64,000 nucleotides of DNA, from positions 18,816,001 to 18,880,000 of the forward strand of contig CP086569.2 of assembly GCA_009914755.4 (NCBI GenBank). Direction: 5' to 3'. Positions 1 through 14,099 of this stretch are shown here, in pieces; within the stretch, counting starts at the first letter, position 1, and each line of letters begins with the position of its first letter. The position numbers and the translations under genes are program-made. Source of the stretch: the human T2T-CHM13v2.0 reference genome, Homo sapiens. The notes beneath the pieces were generated by a model. The model saw only the letters and a program-made list of their open reading frames with translations, had not been told where the DNA came from and ran no database searches.

Positions 1-166
1 AAGGTAGCAATGTTTAAACTTACACAGAACTGAAACTCAAAGTGGGAGGTAATGTAAGCAAATTAACATACAGTAACATAAAACTTAGTGTATTTCAAGA
101 TTAAACTAAGTGTTAAGTACGTAATTAACAAACATATTCAGTATAGGCCTGTAATAAGTAAATATG

Positions 167-168
<2 letters not shown>

Positions 169-200
<32 letters not shown>
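169..200. repeat. (TA)n dinucleotide microsatellite
   Basis: Perfect tatatata run, seen directly. Confidence 0.9.
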
Positions 201-201
<1 letters not shown>

Positions 202-1159
202 CCATGTAAGTTTTTTTTTAACACATTGTAGGAGTTTCCAGCTAACTCACTGATTAAAAGATCAAATCTTCATTTGCATTGTGAGATCCATGTAGAGGGA
301 AAGATTTGCTTTTAAAAAACACTTTTTTTGTTAATTTATTTAATGATTGTATTGACGTGGTAAATATATATTTGCAAATGAGTGTTTTTAAACAAACACT
401 GCTGTTGTTAAATGCTTTAGCTAACTGTTTTACATAGTTAATATATATATATATTTTCACTATACAGGATGATATATACTAACAATTATTAACTGATCAC
501 CAATTTTATATTCCTGTTCCAGAGATTATCTCTGTGCCTGCAGTAATCCATATATATAGCTATTTATTTATTTTCTTACACAAATGAATATATACAATAG
601 ACTATATTGTTAACTTTGTACTTCGTCACACATCTGTCAGTATATGAAGATCCATTTAATTTTGTTTGTAGATGCATAACTTGCAATTCAATGTGCTCTA
701 ATTTATGCAGTCCACCGCTGAGATGGATTGACGTGTAAGTGGTATTCAGTTTTACACTAAATAAAGAAGAATTTACACTTCCACCATAATTTTAAACACA
801 CCATCGCATTGACTTCATCTCACAACAAAATTCTGAGTGCAGGCAAAGTGATTATCATTATTTGCTGAGGAAAGAAGCAGATATTTGCATGAAAGTTATA
901 GCTTTATGAGTCAGAACAATAACTTAAAGGAAGTGCTCACTTAAAACTGGGAAAACTCTCATTTTTTTTTAATGTAAAGTTCTAATGGCAATGAATTGAA
1001 TACAATCATTTTAAGTGCAAAAGTTTTTAATGAGTAAACTCATAATGATCAGTTAAGTCTGCGTTTAACACATGAAAATTTAATACTACGCCGTCTTCTA
1101 TAACTCAAAGAAAGCTTTTTTTTTTTTTTTTTTTTTTTCTTATCTCAGCTTGTGAAATA

Positions 1160-2217
1160 TTTACTGAGTGGGACTATCTGCCCCCGTTGGACCCCACCCA
1201 ACAAAAGTATTTGTGGGACTCAAAGACGCTGGTGCTACTTATCAAATACATGCTGTGATCCAGCAGCTATACCTGATCCCTGTCATCGGCCACAGCATTT
1301 CTACCATTGAAAACACAGGTAGTGACATAGATGATGATCGTGGGGCTGGGAAATGAGGGTTTTCATCCTTCAGACTTCAGAATGGTTGGTCCATTGACAG
1401 CTTGATGGTGTGCCCAGAAAAGCCCGTAGACACTCAATGCCAGATAGTGAAAGCAGTTGGGAGGAAGGCTGTACCCCATAAAGCCTCATGGGGGGATCTG
1501 CTCAAGACCATGGAAACCCACCTCTTGCATCAGCATGACCTGGATATGAGACATTAAGTTAAAGAAGATCATCCTGGAGCCTTAAATTTTTAGTGCCTCA
1601 TCAGATTTCAGATGTACTTAGGGCCTGTAATCCCTTTATTCTGGTCAGTTTCTCATATTTGGAATATCTGCATTTTCCCAATGCCAGTACCCCCATTATA
1701 TCTAGGATGTAACTAACTCGCTTTAATTTTTGCAGGCTCATAGGCAGAAAAAACTTGCCTTGTCTCAGATAAAATCTCAGACTTTGGACTATTGAGTTAA
1801 TGCTTGAATGAGTTAAGACATTGCAGTACTATTGGAAAAGCATGACTGGTTCTGAAATGTGAGGATTTGAGATTTTGGAGGGGCCAGGGTTGGAATGATA
1901 TGATTTGACTATGTCCCCATCGAAATTTTATCTTGCATTTTTACATGTGGTGGAGGGGGATGAGATAGGGAGTAACCATATTGTGGGGGCAGGTGTTTTT
2001 TTGTGCTGATCTTGTGATAGTGAATAAGTCTCATCAGATCTGATGGCTTTAAACATCAGTGTATCCCTGAACCAGCTCTCTCTTTGCTTGCTGCCATCAT
2101 ATAAGATGTGACTTGCTCCTCTTTGCCTTGCCAGATACATAAATCTCTAAGTCCATAAACTACTCTTCCTTTTATAAATTGCCCAGTCTAGCGTATGTCT
2201 TTATAAGTGCATGAAAA
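1160..2217 (+). mobile_element. MaLR (THE1/MST-like) internal region followed by its LTR (LTR about 1,885-2,217)
   Basis: 1,885-2,217 matches the THE1/MST LTR consensus as I recall it: tgtcccca...gtgatagtgaataagtctcatcagatctgatgg...ctcttccttttataaattgcccagtct...gtactaatatag. The upstream segment resembles the MaLR internal region. A poly-T tract at 1,116-1,139 precedes it. Confidence 0.55.
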
Positions 2218-2636
2218 TGTACTAATATAGTACAAATGTCATATTGACTAATAAAGCTCTGAAACTTTAGTTTCACAGTCAAGTCAAGAAGTAAATAAAA
2301 TGCAAGTATACGTAGGTCTCTGAAAATGTATATCAAACACTTTTTAGTTCAGCAACATTTTATTAACATCTTTTAATAAAAACAAGGCAGAAAGAGTTGT
2401 GAAGTCGTTATTATAATGCACTCTATACTTGTATAATTTGTACTAACTTAAGACTAAAGCCATTTTACTTTTCTTAAGAGACAATTTTCTATGCTCCAGC
2501 TGGAATGAATACAGTGGTGCCATCGTCACTAACTGCAGCTTCTAACTCCTGGACTTATGTCATCCTGCTTCCTCAGCCTCCCAGTTAGTAGCTACATCTA
2601 GAAGAAAAGGCCAGTAGGCTCAGCTAATTATTTAAC

Positions 2637-2637
<1 letters not shown>

Positions 2638-2695
<58 letters not shown>
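2638..2695. repeat. Perfect (GATA)14 tetranucleotide STR
   Basis: 14 uninterrupted gata units. Confidence 0.95.
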
Positions 2696-2697
<2 letters not shown>

Positions 2698-4089
2698 TTT
2701 TTTCTTAGAGTCAGAATCTTGCAGTGTTACTCAGGCTGGCCTCAAATCCTAGGCCTAAAGTGATCCACCTATCTTGGCCTCATTAAGTGCCAAGATTACC
2801 AGTGTTAAGCCACCACATCTTCTCATTTTTAAAAACTTTTTGTAAAGATGGTGTTTCAGGATTTTGACAAGCTCTGTTCCAAATTCCTGGCCTCAACTGT
2901 CCTTTTTTTCCTTGCCCTTCCAAATTATTGGAATTATCAACATGAGAAACAAAATCTGATGTAAAAACTGATCCACTTTTTAAATTATAAGTAAAGATTT
3001 TGTTTAGAATAGATAAAGCTTAATACTGAATGATAAATTAGAATAAGCTATGATACAAATTTTTTGAAGTCAGAGATAATTTTTAATTAAAAAATGCATA
3101 TTTAGATTAGAGAATTTTATGTTTACCAAGAATTCTCACACAATTACTGCAAAAATGTTTTTCGCATATTTAAAAATTGAAATAATAATTTTGCTGTTAG
3201 GAAATATAAAGCAGTATAATAGACAATCAAACCAATTATAATTACATTATGAGTGAAATCCAAAGCCATGTACCAGTCACTGGCAGGAACACAAACATTT
3301 TTTGGTGTAAAATCCTGTGGTAATGATGAATATAGAGGCAATTTGTATGCTAATCATAGCAAATTCTTTTCCCTCATGCAGAAAATAATTCTACTGTTCA
3401 AAAAAAATTATATATAGAGTCAAAAACATTTGTATCTTGAAGCTGTTAATAAAATATTTGTTAGTTAAGCCAAATCTTAGTGATTACCTCACCGCTTCAC
3501 TGACTCATATTTCAAACTGCTTGAGTAAAAAATAATAATTAATATAACACATAAATGCTCTTCCATATTTCCATATATTAAAAACCAATATTCTAAGGTA
3601 AAGATATCTTAAATATTTTACCTTGAAATAACTAAACCAAAAAGGCAGCACATTCATATAAATTAGATCTAATGATTTCATAAAGAAAGAAGAAGAAGAT
3701 TGAAGAAATAGATTAAACACATTCGATACCTTGTAAAAACTCCTACAAGCCAAACACAAATTACTTACCATAAGAAGCAAATCTAAATTGTTACACTGAG
3801 TACAGTTTAGGTTTTAAGAAATCTGTGTTTGCAGAATCTGTAGGTGTAAAAGGTCACTTATTTGTTGTAAATTACAAAAGATTACTGACACAGACACTGA
3901 TGCTTTTGTGGTTCCATATAGCCACTACTATCTGACTGTTACTGTTCTGATGTGTTTTTTATGCTATGAAGCAGAATTTGGTGTGAGTAAATTGAAGATA
4001 CATGATAAGCAATAATAATAGCAGCTGATATTTATAGCACTTAAAGAGGTAATACACTAAGAGACACACAGATACTAATGAGTTTAATT

Positions 4090-4125
4090 CTCACAGGTTT
4101 TTTTTCTCTCTCTCTCCTCTCTCTC

Positions 4126-4189
<64 letters not shown>

Positions 4190-4230
4190 CCCCCCCCCCC
4201 CTTTCTTTCTTTCTTTCTTTCAGATGTTAG
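4090..4230. repeat. Compound polypyrimidine tract: (CT)n, then C13, then (TTTC)n
   Basis: Seen directly. The whole tract is purine/pyrimidine strand-biased. Confidence 0.9.
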
Positions 4231-4242
4231 GGTTTTACTCTC

Positions 4243-4445
4243 TTCCCCTAGGCTGCGGTGCTATGGCAGGATCTCCGCTCAGTGTAACATATGCCTCCCA
4301 CATTCAAGAAATTCACCTGTCTCAGCCTCCCCAGTATCTCATTTTACAGGCATCTGCCACGACGCCTGGCTAATTTTCATATTTTTAGCAGAGGCGGAGT
4401 TTCACCCTTTTGGCCAGGCCGGTCTCACTGTCTTATAAAAAAAAC
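4243..4445 (-). mobile_element. Alu (3'-truncated, minus orientation)
   Basis: Reverse-complement Alu body: ggctgcggtg...cctcagcctcc...cacgacgcctggctaattttc...tttcaccc. Confidence 0.8.
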
Positions 4446-4453
4446 GTTTGAGA

Positions 4454-4790
4454 CCTGGCCGGGCGCGGTGGCCTGTAATCCCACGCCTGTAATCTCAACA
4501 CGTTGGGAGGCCGAGATGGGCAGATCACGAAGTCAGGAAATCCCAACCGTCCTGGCTAACACGGTTCAACCCTGTCTCTATTAAAAATACTAAAAAAAAT
4601 TAGCCAGGCGTGGTGGCTGGCGCCTGTAGTCCCAGCTACTCTGGAGGCTGAGGCAGGAGAATGGCGTCAACCTGGAAGCTGGAGTTGCAGTGAGCATAGA
4701 CCGGGCCACTGCACTCCAGCCTGGGTGACAGAGTGAGACTCTATCTCAAAAATAAATAAAAAATAAGTAAATAAAATAAAATACATAAAA
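4454..4790 (+). mobile_element. Alu (full length, plus orientation) with A-rich tail
   Basis: ggccgggcgcggtggc...gtagtcccagctactc...gcactccagcctgggtgacagagtgagactc, followed by aaataaat. Confidence 0.9.
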
Positions 4791-5681
4791 TACAACCTTA
4801 AGACCTATATATAGTTATTTTAAGAGGTTTGCATTAAGAGTGAGAGAAAGGGTGAAAAGAAATTGTTTCATTTCTCAGAGATGTGAATAGCAGGCAATAT
4901 GATGTTACAAATGAACCACAATCTAAATGACAGCTAAGCTCACAACAATGCAGACAGTTTGGAGGTGAGAAGTTATGAAGTCCAAGAAAGACATCCATGT
5001 TATTTAGCTTACGACTCCCAAGAGAGTTCTTCATTCCATCTTCCAAACAAGTTCCAAAGAGGTAAAATGGGCTGGTTAGGCCTAAAGAATGAAATCTGTT
5101 TGTGAAACTACTCGTGGTTGCTAAAATCTGTTGTAACCGCATAAAATGAAGAGGTATCTGTAATAGAAAGAGAATAATGTTTTCTTCTGTCAACTCTTCA
5201 ATATTCAATCATTAAATTGCAATTTATCATGGAGGACAGATGAAAACCGTCTGTGAGATCTTCTACATCGAAAATAATTCATTTAATAAGAATCATTTTT
5301 CTTCAAGTCAGTCGCTGTATTTTGTCAATATTATTTTCCTTTAAACAAATTATCATCTTAACTACCTGTCTGATACCACTAAAACAGTAAAGAGAAACCA
5401 GAAGTTAATTTTGTAGATGAGCACAAACAACTCTAATGTCTTCTGGTTTTGTTGAATGAGATCTTTGTTTTTTTCAAAACTGAAAAAAACATGCATTTTA
5501 TCCCATTTTACAACAATGTGGATTTGCCCCTTCCATTGGATATACTGTTCCAAAGAATCAAGAAGATTTTGGTGACTGTTAATGTCCATATTTAAAGTGT
5601 TAAAATATTTTTCACATTTGTACCTAAAGATATTTTTAAAGAAACAAATTATAAATATATATTCTTTATGTTTTTGTTTGG

Positions 5682-5700
5682 TTTGGTTTGGTTTGGTTTT
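5682..5700. repeat. (GGTTT)n short tandem repeat
   Basis: ggtttggtttggtttggtttt. Confidence 0.7.
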
Positions 5701-6419
5701 CCAGTGAAGATAATAGAAAATTGTCTTTCACAAAACAGGTCCCTTGTGCCAACTGTTTGCAAACAGTCACACATAGATGCATGCACACATAAATTATTGA
5801 GTAAAAGTTTTGAAGACAGAAACTCATAGTGTTATAGTAATTTGAGTGAAATAGAACAGAAATGTTGACTAGATTTCAGAAAAAAAATGTTTTGAGTAGA
5901 TCAAATAAATGAAAATAACTTGTTGATGCAAGAAAAAGGGAGTGTTGGTCACACGTGAGGCTATAGAACTGAAATAGGTCAGTAAGAATTACATATGCAA
6001 ATTACACTTACAACCCTAAGTTTACAGTTTAGCTATGGAATCTAGAACCTCAAACTGAGAGATACAATGGGGAGTCAGTGCATTACAGGTGCACTGCAGA
6101 CATTTAAAAGAAATCTAAGTGATATGCTAATACAGAGAAGGGAGCTGCTGTGAGTGAAACAGAAGGAAGCCCAGAAATCAGAAGATCCCTTTTTCTTTCT
6201 ACCTCTGAGATATCTACGAATTACCTTCCTGAAAGAACAATAAACTCTCATGAGAAGCTGCAGCTTGTTTTAGAAACTAGAAAGAGCTATATATTACAGT
6301 ATACAGTAAAAAGTTGTGTGACAGTGTTTTATTGTCATGCATGCCACAAATTAGACCTTGATAAAATGAAGGAGACAAAGGAAACAGAATCAAGCTGTTA
6401 TTAAGCTTTGTGTGTGTGT

Positions 6420-6692
6420 AAGGGTTGGAAGGGGCAGCCCTTCTCTTCATTGCACAGGTTGGAGTGCAGCAACACAATCACAGCTCAGGAGATGTTTTCA
6501 TCTCACTGTCCCAGGTAGCAGGGACTACAGGTGCAGACAATTACACTCACCTAGCTAGCTTTTTGCATCTTAATAGAGATGATATATCACCACGTTACTC
6601 AGGCTGGTTCTGATCTCCTGAAATCAAGTAATCTGGCTGCCTTGGCTTCCCAAAATGTTAAGACTACCAGTGTGAAGGAACGTGCCTGGCAC
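6420..6692 (-). mobile_element. Alu (minus orientation)
   Basis: ggttggagtgcagcaacacaatcacagctca...ggactacaggtgcaga...caccacgttactcaggctggttctgatctcctga...gaaggaacgtgcctggc. Confidence 0.8.
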
Positions 6693-6697
6693 AAGCT

Positions 6698-6703
6698 TGC
6701 ATT

Positions 6704-6753
<50 letters not shown>

Positions 6754-6860
6754 CAAATATATATAGATACACACACATATATGCATATATATACACATAC
6801 ACATATGTATTATATAAAGGTATACATTATATATGCATATATAAGTTTATCATGTATATA
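6698..6860. repeat. (TA)n / (TATG)-rich compound microsatellite
   Basis: Seen directly. This repeat generates the spurious ORFs at 6579-6962. Confidence 0.9.
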
Positions 6861-7084
6861 TTTTCTTGCAGGGCTAGAAAGGGGTACTTTCTTGACAGTG
6901 ATGAAAGTGTTCATTTGATAAGAAAAAATGTTTATTTGATGATGAGTAATGTTGATCTTTGATATACATAATCTCATGGATAAACATTACTCTAGAAACT
7001 AAAAGACGTCATTGATGCACTAATCTAATTTGAAAAGAGTAATGAAGGAACTTTAAGCATACACTGAAAGTCAGTGAAATGGCA

Positions 7085-7192
7085 TTTTACCTTCCCGAGT
7101 AGCTGATACTACAGGCTCAAACCACCACACCTGAGTAGTTTTTGTATTTTTTGTGGAGACTGGTTTTTGCCATGTTGCCCAAGCTTATGAAA
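7085..7192 (-). mobile_element. Alu fragment (minus)
   Basis: ccttcccgagtagctgatactacaggc...tttgtattttttgtggagactggtttttgccatgttgcccaag. Confidence 0.6.
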
Positions 7193-10100
7193 TAATTTTT
7201 ATTATGTGTGATGACAGCACCATGGTCAAATTTTAAGGAAAATCTTTACAGATGTGTTCAAGCACTTATAGAGATAAAATTATATACTTGAGATTTGCTT
7301 CATTAGAGAACTGTTAGATCAAGGAAATGGCTACATTTTAATGTTTAGTTTATATAGAGAGTATAAATCTTATTATAATAAGAATTTAATTGTATCTTAA
7401 GTGATGAAAGAATACATGGCCTGTCTTTGCTGTGACAATTTTTGTCTCTTTCTATTCGGATAATACTAGTAGAAATGGCCAAGAAAGACAGCTATAATAT
7501 TACTTTTGTTTAAATATTTAACATCAAATACATTATGGATTTTAAGATATATTTAAAATTTTTAGTTTATGTAGAGTTGATTTCATCAAAATTAAATGAT
7601 AACTCACCCATAATTTACCTGAACTGTTTCCAAAAACTTTTGGGTACGTAGAATTGTAGTCAGAAAGCAGCTAAATCAAAAGATTGACCTGAAGATGTCT
7701 TAGGACACCAATATTGTACTCTTTACTATCTTCTGTCTTGTTTAATGCTAGTTTGTCTTCACATTTATGAGAATATTTAAATACATCATCGTGAGGATGA
7801 GCCTTACTCTAGAAGCCAAAAGGCATATCTTTAAAAGTATTGTGAAAGTAGTTGAATGAAATATATACCAAAACTGAGTTAATGAAATGATTCGCAATTT
7901 TTGTAGCATTTTCAAAGAACTTACTGTGTTTAATGTTTAGCGTTAGTGTTTATTTCACAGGTGGACCATCATAAAGAGTATACAGAAAAGTTATCAGTAG
8001 AAATAATAAAATAATAACATACCTCACAGGTAAGAAAATAGACTACAATCTTCTCAAGTCAACAGGATTGGAAAGAAATCAGTGCTCTGCCATAAATAAC
8101 TTACAAGAACTAAGTACTTTTTTCTCCTGGAATGCAGTGGCTTCTTGTGAGTATCATGGATTTTTGAGATTTACATGGTATAATTTATGTGATGTATTGA
8201 GAATTATTACAAATCAATAAATATGGCCATTAAGAGCAGTTGTGGAAGGATCGAGAGCATACACAGAAGTTCCAAAGGTCGTAATTTCCTTGTAGCTACA
8301 GAACAAAATACAGCTGTTTTACACATATGCAACATGTTTCTCTATGCTTTGGTATGCATCTGAGGTTTATGACACAGAAATAAAAATTATCTGCTTCATG
8401 TCCTGACGAAGTTCATGGCACAGAAAAAGTAGCTAGGCAGACATGCATGCCACAGTGAAGGGCTGGGACAACATAAAGCACAAGCAGCTAAGCACAATGG
8501 TGGGGACTTAATTTGAATGCTATATTCTATCTACTTCATTCGCTTCTTGCCAGTACAATTTGCCATCTCGATCAGTTTTCAATTCCAAACCCTAGAGGAA
8601 AAACCAGCTAGAGGATCAGGACCCAAATTCTATCTTTTTGTCCAGTAGTGGCTGTTAACCAAGTAAGAGTGGACATCCCATAAGGAGATCCTACAAAAAG
8701 GAATGTTACCCAAGTTGTAATGCCTGCATAGTGTGATCTGTCATACCTAGAAAGGCAGAGACAAGTGTGTGTTTTGTAATCCCCGTAAACTTTAAGAGCT
8801 AAGATGTTATTTGAAGGCAAAGTTACTTCTGATCACTGAGGAAAAGAAATGTAGAAATTTTGGAACTGTTTACTACAGTTAAAATGTTCTAATTTCTTTC
8901 TTTAGTTTCTATCAATATCTACGCAAATAAAAGCAAAGGAATGATAAACAGTTTGAGTGTAAACATTTCCAAAATTCAGGTTTTCTGTATTAACTTACTT
9001 AATAGCTACATCTTAAATATGTGATCTGCCACTAAAGCCTAACTTTTTGCTGCCTTATGATCAACCAAATACTTTTTATTTTCAACCAGGTGCTTTTACA
9101 CCTTTAGTAGCCTTATTGTAATTGTGAAATAATGTTGATAACAGGTCCATGTAGCATTATCTGAAAAACGATTTTTTTCTTAAGCAGAAGAATAGCTAAT
9201 TTGAGGAAAATATACAGAAAATCCTAAAAATAAACACAACTTATATAACACAGATAAAATTAAGGTCAAAAAATTAAATAGCATACTTCAAATACAAGAT
9301 GAGAATATACTTATTAAAATAAATATTTTTTATTCTTAAAATTCTGAATTGCATTTACCATGTCATACAAATATGATTGTATCAATTGTGCTTTGAAAAC
9401 AAACAAAAAATAATAAAAACTGTCAAGTAAACTTTCAAGTTATTAGATAGTGAGCATGAAAAATATGCCATTCATAGTATCTCAGATATTCTAGCCATAT
9501 TGTGAAAATGCAGTCCTGACAAAATCTCATGAAAGTACAGTAATCTCAGGAAGAAAAACAGTACCTGGTATGAGAATATTAAAAACAAATAAATAATTAA
9601 AATTTAACTCACACCTTTGTTACTCATCTTTGAACAATCATTGTCTACATCACCACATGTGTTTCTAATTGTAGAACTACTGTTTCTAAGCACTAACGTT
9701 ATGTATAGTTGCTAGATCACACAATTTATGTGACTAGTCACACCAGCCTCTTTGAGTCCCACAAGTCATTTTTGTGGGCAGGGTCTGATCGGGGGCAGAT
9801 ATTCCCACTATCTGAGTGTCTCACAACCTCAGAGAAGAAAAACTATGCTTATGCTACAAAAATGATGACTCTGTCCATAGTTCTTCTAATCAGGCTGGGA
9901 AATTCATTTTATCAGGCTAACACAGCAATTTTCAAATGGTACCTTAAATTTTTATATCACCAGAAACATGATCCAATATATGCACCATTAACTAGAGATA
10001 TCTTAATTCTGCATTTTTAATGGCATTGCTTCTGTAACAGTTTTATTTGAAAAAGTCATATCAGATGGTATAATATTAAATTTCCATGTACTAACACAGA

Positions 10101-10580
10101 CTTTAATCATTATGTGTTAACTGATTGAAAAACTTTTGTACTTAAAATAAGTGTATTCAATACACTGTCATCAGAAATTTATATAAATAGGACATTAGAG
10201 TTTTCTCAGTTCAAACTGAGCACTGCATACAAGTTATTGTTCTCAAACCTAAAAACTATAATCTTCACATAAATATCTGCTTTTTTCCTCATTACATAGT
10301 GATGATTAATTTATATTCATTTTATTATGAGATAAAGTCAATTAGGTGGTGTATTTAAAATCCCTGTGAGAACTAGAAATCTTCTCTATCTTATAAAACT
10401 GAACACAACTTACACATCAATCCATCTTAGATGTGGACTGCATAAATTAGAGCACATTGAATGCCAAGTTATGTAGCACAGAACAGAAATAAACAGATCT
10501 TCATGTATTGACAGGTGTGTCACTAAGTAAAAACAAATAACTATATTGTATATTTTATATTCTCATTTCTGTAAAAAAAG

Positions 10581-10640
10581 ATGAGAAGAAGAAGAAGAAG
10601 AGGAAGGAGAAGAAGAAGAAGAAAAAGAAAAAGAGGAAAT
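10581..10640. repeat. (GAA)n-rich purine microsatellite
   Basis: agaagaagaagaagaggaaggagaagaagaagaagaaaaagaaaaagagg. Confidence 0.85.
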
Positions 10641-11098
10641 AGCTTTATGTATGAAGAAGTGCAAATACTTCCAAAAACATCTCTGGACCAGAAATACAAT
10701 ATTCGTGGCAAGTTAATAATTTTTCTTGCATGCCGTCTTATATATTTGGAAATATATATTAGCCACAAGGAAAGAAAAGATTGACTTAACGTTTCATAAC
10801 AGTAGTGGCTGCTTAAAAAAAAATTTAAAATATTTATTTACTCTGCCAATACAATAGTTAAATAAATTAACAAAAGTCTGTGTTTTTAAAACGGAAACTC
10901 TCCTCTTTACATAGATCCCACAGGACAAATAAAGATCTGTCCTTTTCAACAGTGAGTTTAGCTAGAAACTCCTGCAATGTGCCAAAAAATATACTCACAG
11001 AGAGAAACATATAAACTAACATAATTTCACATTTTCAATTAAATATCTGTACAGAATACTGTTGTTAATTATATTTGTAACTCTCTGATTTCCCTTGA

Positions 11099-11423
<325 letters not shown>

Positions 11424-12660
11424 TGTTTTTCAATTTACTTACATTACCTCTCGCTATGAGTTTCAGTTCTGCGTAAGATTTGAACATTGCTATCCATTTT
11501 GTTTAATTGATGTGGACATTTAAAAGTAATAACATGCACTCAGATGATCTCTTTTCACATTATGATTTTAAAATAATACTTCTCTTGGAATTTAACTAAA
11601 ACAACATTAAGCAACTTCAATGTTTGGGTTAGAAAAATCTTTTTAATGTATACATTTTTAGTATAAACTTTTTGTACCATTAAATTTGGTTTCTTCTTAC
11701 TCAACAGTCTTACTATTTTTTTTTTGTATATGATTAAATCAATTCCACTGTGTTAAATTACCAAAACCATATATGAGAACATTTAAGTAATACATCTTAT
11801 TTAAAAAAAAAAAAATATTCTCTGATATAAATGGTTTTAATTATATACCTGATGGCTACAAAATGTTAAGCTAGTTGATTAAAAGCAAAGCAAAACAAAA
11901 GCGATGAGTTAATTTTTTCTAAATGTAAATATAGAATTTCAAACAAAACTGTTATTAACGATAAAAAACCTCTTTATGATTTTAAATACCCACTAGTCAT
12001 TTCTTTGTCCATGTAATATATTTCCATCAAACAGACTGATATCTTTTTGAGATTTTTTTACCCAGCCAATCCTGTGCTGCAGGTAGCTCAAAACCAGGGT
12101 TGATGGTAGTGGGTGAACTATGGACCAGAACAGCCTGCTCTGCTAGCAGTTCTTTATTTCTTAAATATTGCAGGTGAACTTTTGATGCTGGGAAGATTTA
12201 AACATCAATTAATTCCTAGTAACTTACAAAAAGTAGTCACACAGTATTAGTAGAAACATAGCTTAAGAAAAAGTTGTCTTTCCAAGAAAATACCTTTTAA
12301 GTTTATTTGACATAATTAAACATCTTATTGTATCTTCAAACAATTTAGAATACTCTTACAAAAGAAAATCCAAAGGAAAAAAAAATGCAAGTGTAATCAA
12401 TAAATGCAATGAGTTTTCCAAATGAGATATGTAAAGCAATTTCTAAGATGTGAGAACTCTTCACCATAGAAAAATGACTTTCTACATAAACCTACTCTTT
12501 TAATTATGCATTAATGGAAATAAATTCATTTCCAATAGAGAGACAATGCACTTAAGTTATCTTTGTGAATTATGAGACATAAAACGAAACTCATCAAAAA
12601 TATGATATAAAAAATAAGGTTTGTAAGACCAGTGTATTTCTCAATTGGAAACTCAGACGA

Positions 12661-12950
12661 GGGCCGGCAAGCCTTGGTGGCTCATGCCTGTAATTCCGGC
12701 ACTTTTAGAGGCCAAAACAGGCAGAGTACTTGAAGCCAGGAGTTTGAGACCAGCATGGCCAATATGGTGAAAGCCCTTCGAGTGTGTTGGTGCATACCTG
12801 TAATCTCAGCTATTCAAGAAGCTGAGGAAGAATGAACATTTGAACTTGGGAGGCAGGGTGCTGCAGTGTGCTAAGATTGCACCACTGCACACCATCCAAA
12901 GAGACAGTGTGGGATTCCATTCTAAGAATAAAAGAAAATAAATTTGATCA
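12661..12950 (+). mobile_element. Alu (plus, older subfamily)
   Basis: gggccggcaagccttggtggctcatgcctgtaattcc...gagtttgagaccagcatggccaatatggtgaaagcc. Confidence 0.8.
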
Positions 12951-13230
12951 ATTAAGAATTGAGATATTCTACTTATTTGCTTTTCAATGCAGTTTGTGAC
13001 AACCCTGATTTGTAATTAGAAAATGTCTTAAATAAAGTGTGGCACACATTTCAGTTACTGTAACCTCCCTTCTAAGAAAATAAACCCTTTCTAGTTTTAT
13101 TTAATTTATTTAACTTTGTCTTGTATTAAGTTCCAGGGTACATGCAGGACATGCTGGTTCATTACATAAGTGACAGGATATTAGAACCGCAGAAAGTTAG
13201 ATAAAAATAAGATCTCATATAAAATTTGCA

Positions 13231-13552
13231 TATTTGTTTTGTTTTGTTTTGTTTTTTAAGACAGAGTTTCACTATTGTGATGCAGGCTGGAGTGCAACGG
13301 CATGATCTCAGCTCATTCTCGCCTCCTGGTTTCAATCGATTCTCCTGCCTCAACCTCCGGAGTAGCTGGGATTACAGGCGACTGTCACCATGCCCAGCTA
13401 ATTTTGTTTGTTTGTTTACTTATTGTATTTTTAGTAGAGACAGGGTTACACCATGTTGGCCAGACTGGTCTCCAACTCCTGACCTAGGGTGATTCTCCCA
13501 ATTTGGCCTCCCAAAGTGCTGGGATTACAGGTGTGAACCACCCTGCGCGGCC
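13231..13552 (-). mobile_element. Alu (minus)
   Basis: agacagagtttcactattgtgatgcaggctggagtgcaacgg...gggattacaggtgtgaaccaccctgcgcggcc. Confidence 0.85.
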
Positions 13553-14099
13553 TCTGCAAAATTGTTAAAACTGGTTTTTTTATTCATTCTTCATAACTCT
13601 TTAGAATAGTCAATGTCAACAATTTAGCTTCCAGAAGACACTAAGATATTTGGACATTTCAACCATGGGAAAAGGATGTTACTATTGCACTTAGTGGAAA
13701 AGGTCAGAAATGCTGCTCAACCTCTTACAATGCACAGCAAAAGTGCCTCCACAAAAAAAAAAAAGTATGTGAGTATATAATGTCAAAATCCAGGGATTAG
13801 AAATTGTGTTCCATTGGCAAGTTTCATAATCTGCTAAAAGAATGCTAATCTGAAGCCCAATGCCTATATTTCAGAAATATATTTTGTGAGAATCAGGTGG
13901 TTCCATGCAAATATGTTCTTGGGATTCAGGTGGTTCAACGCAAATACCAATTATGCAAATTTTATTTCTAAATAATGTTGAAATATAATACTTTCCAAAT
14001 AAGGATAAAATATGAAAATATTCAGGGTATTGACACTCAATTATCAGTGTCTCAGGATTTAAGAGAAGTAAGGCATTTAAACACAATTAGCTATGCTTC

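Noticed and set aside
4291-4584. 97-aa ORF, plus similar ORFs at 11114-11359, 13226-13492, 23626-23886 and 24570-24800
   Set aside because: These lie entirely inside Alu elements. They translate to the familiar Alu-derived peptides (e.g. ...[25 protein letters not shown]...), so they are not genes.
13860-13960. Short tandem duplication (tcaggtggttcCAtgcaaata / tcaggtggttcAACgcaaata)
   Set aside because: A two-copy local duplication of about 30 bp inside the probable ERVL 5' region. It is too small and ordinary to interpret, and I cannot assign a function.
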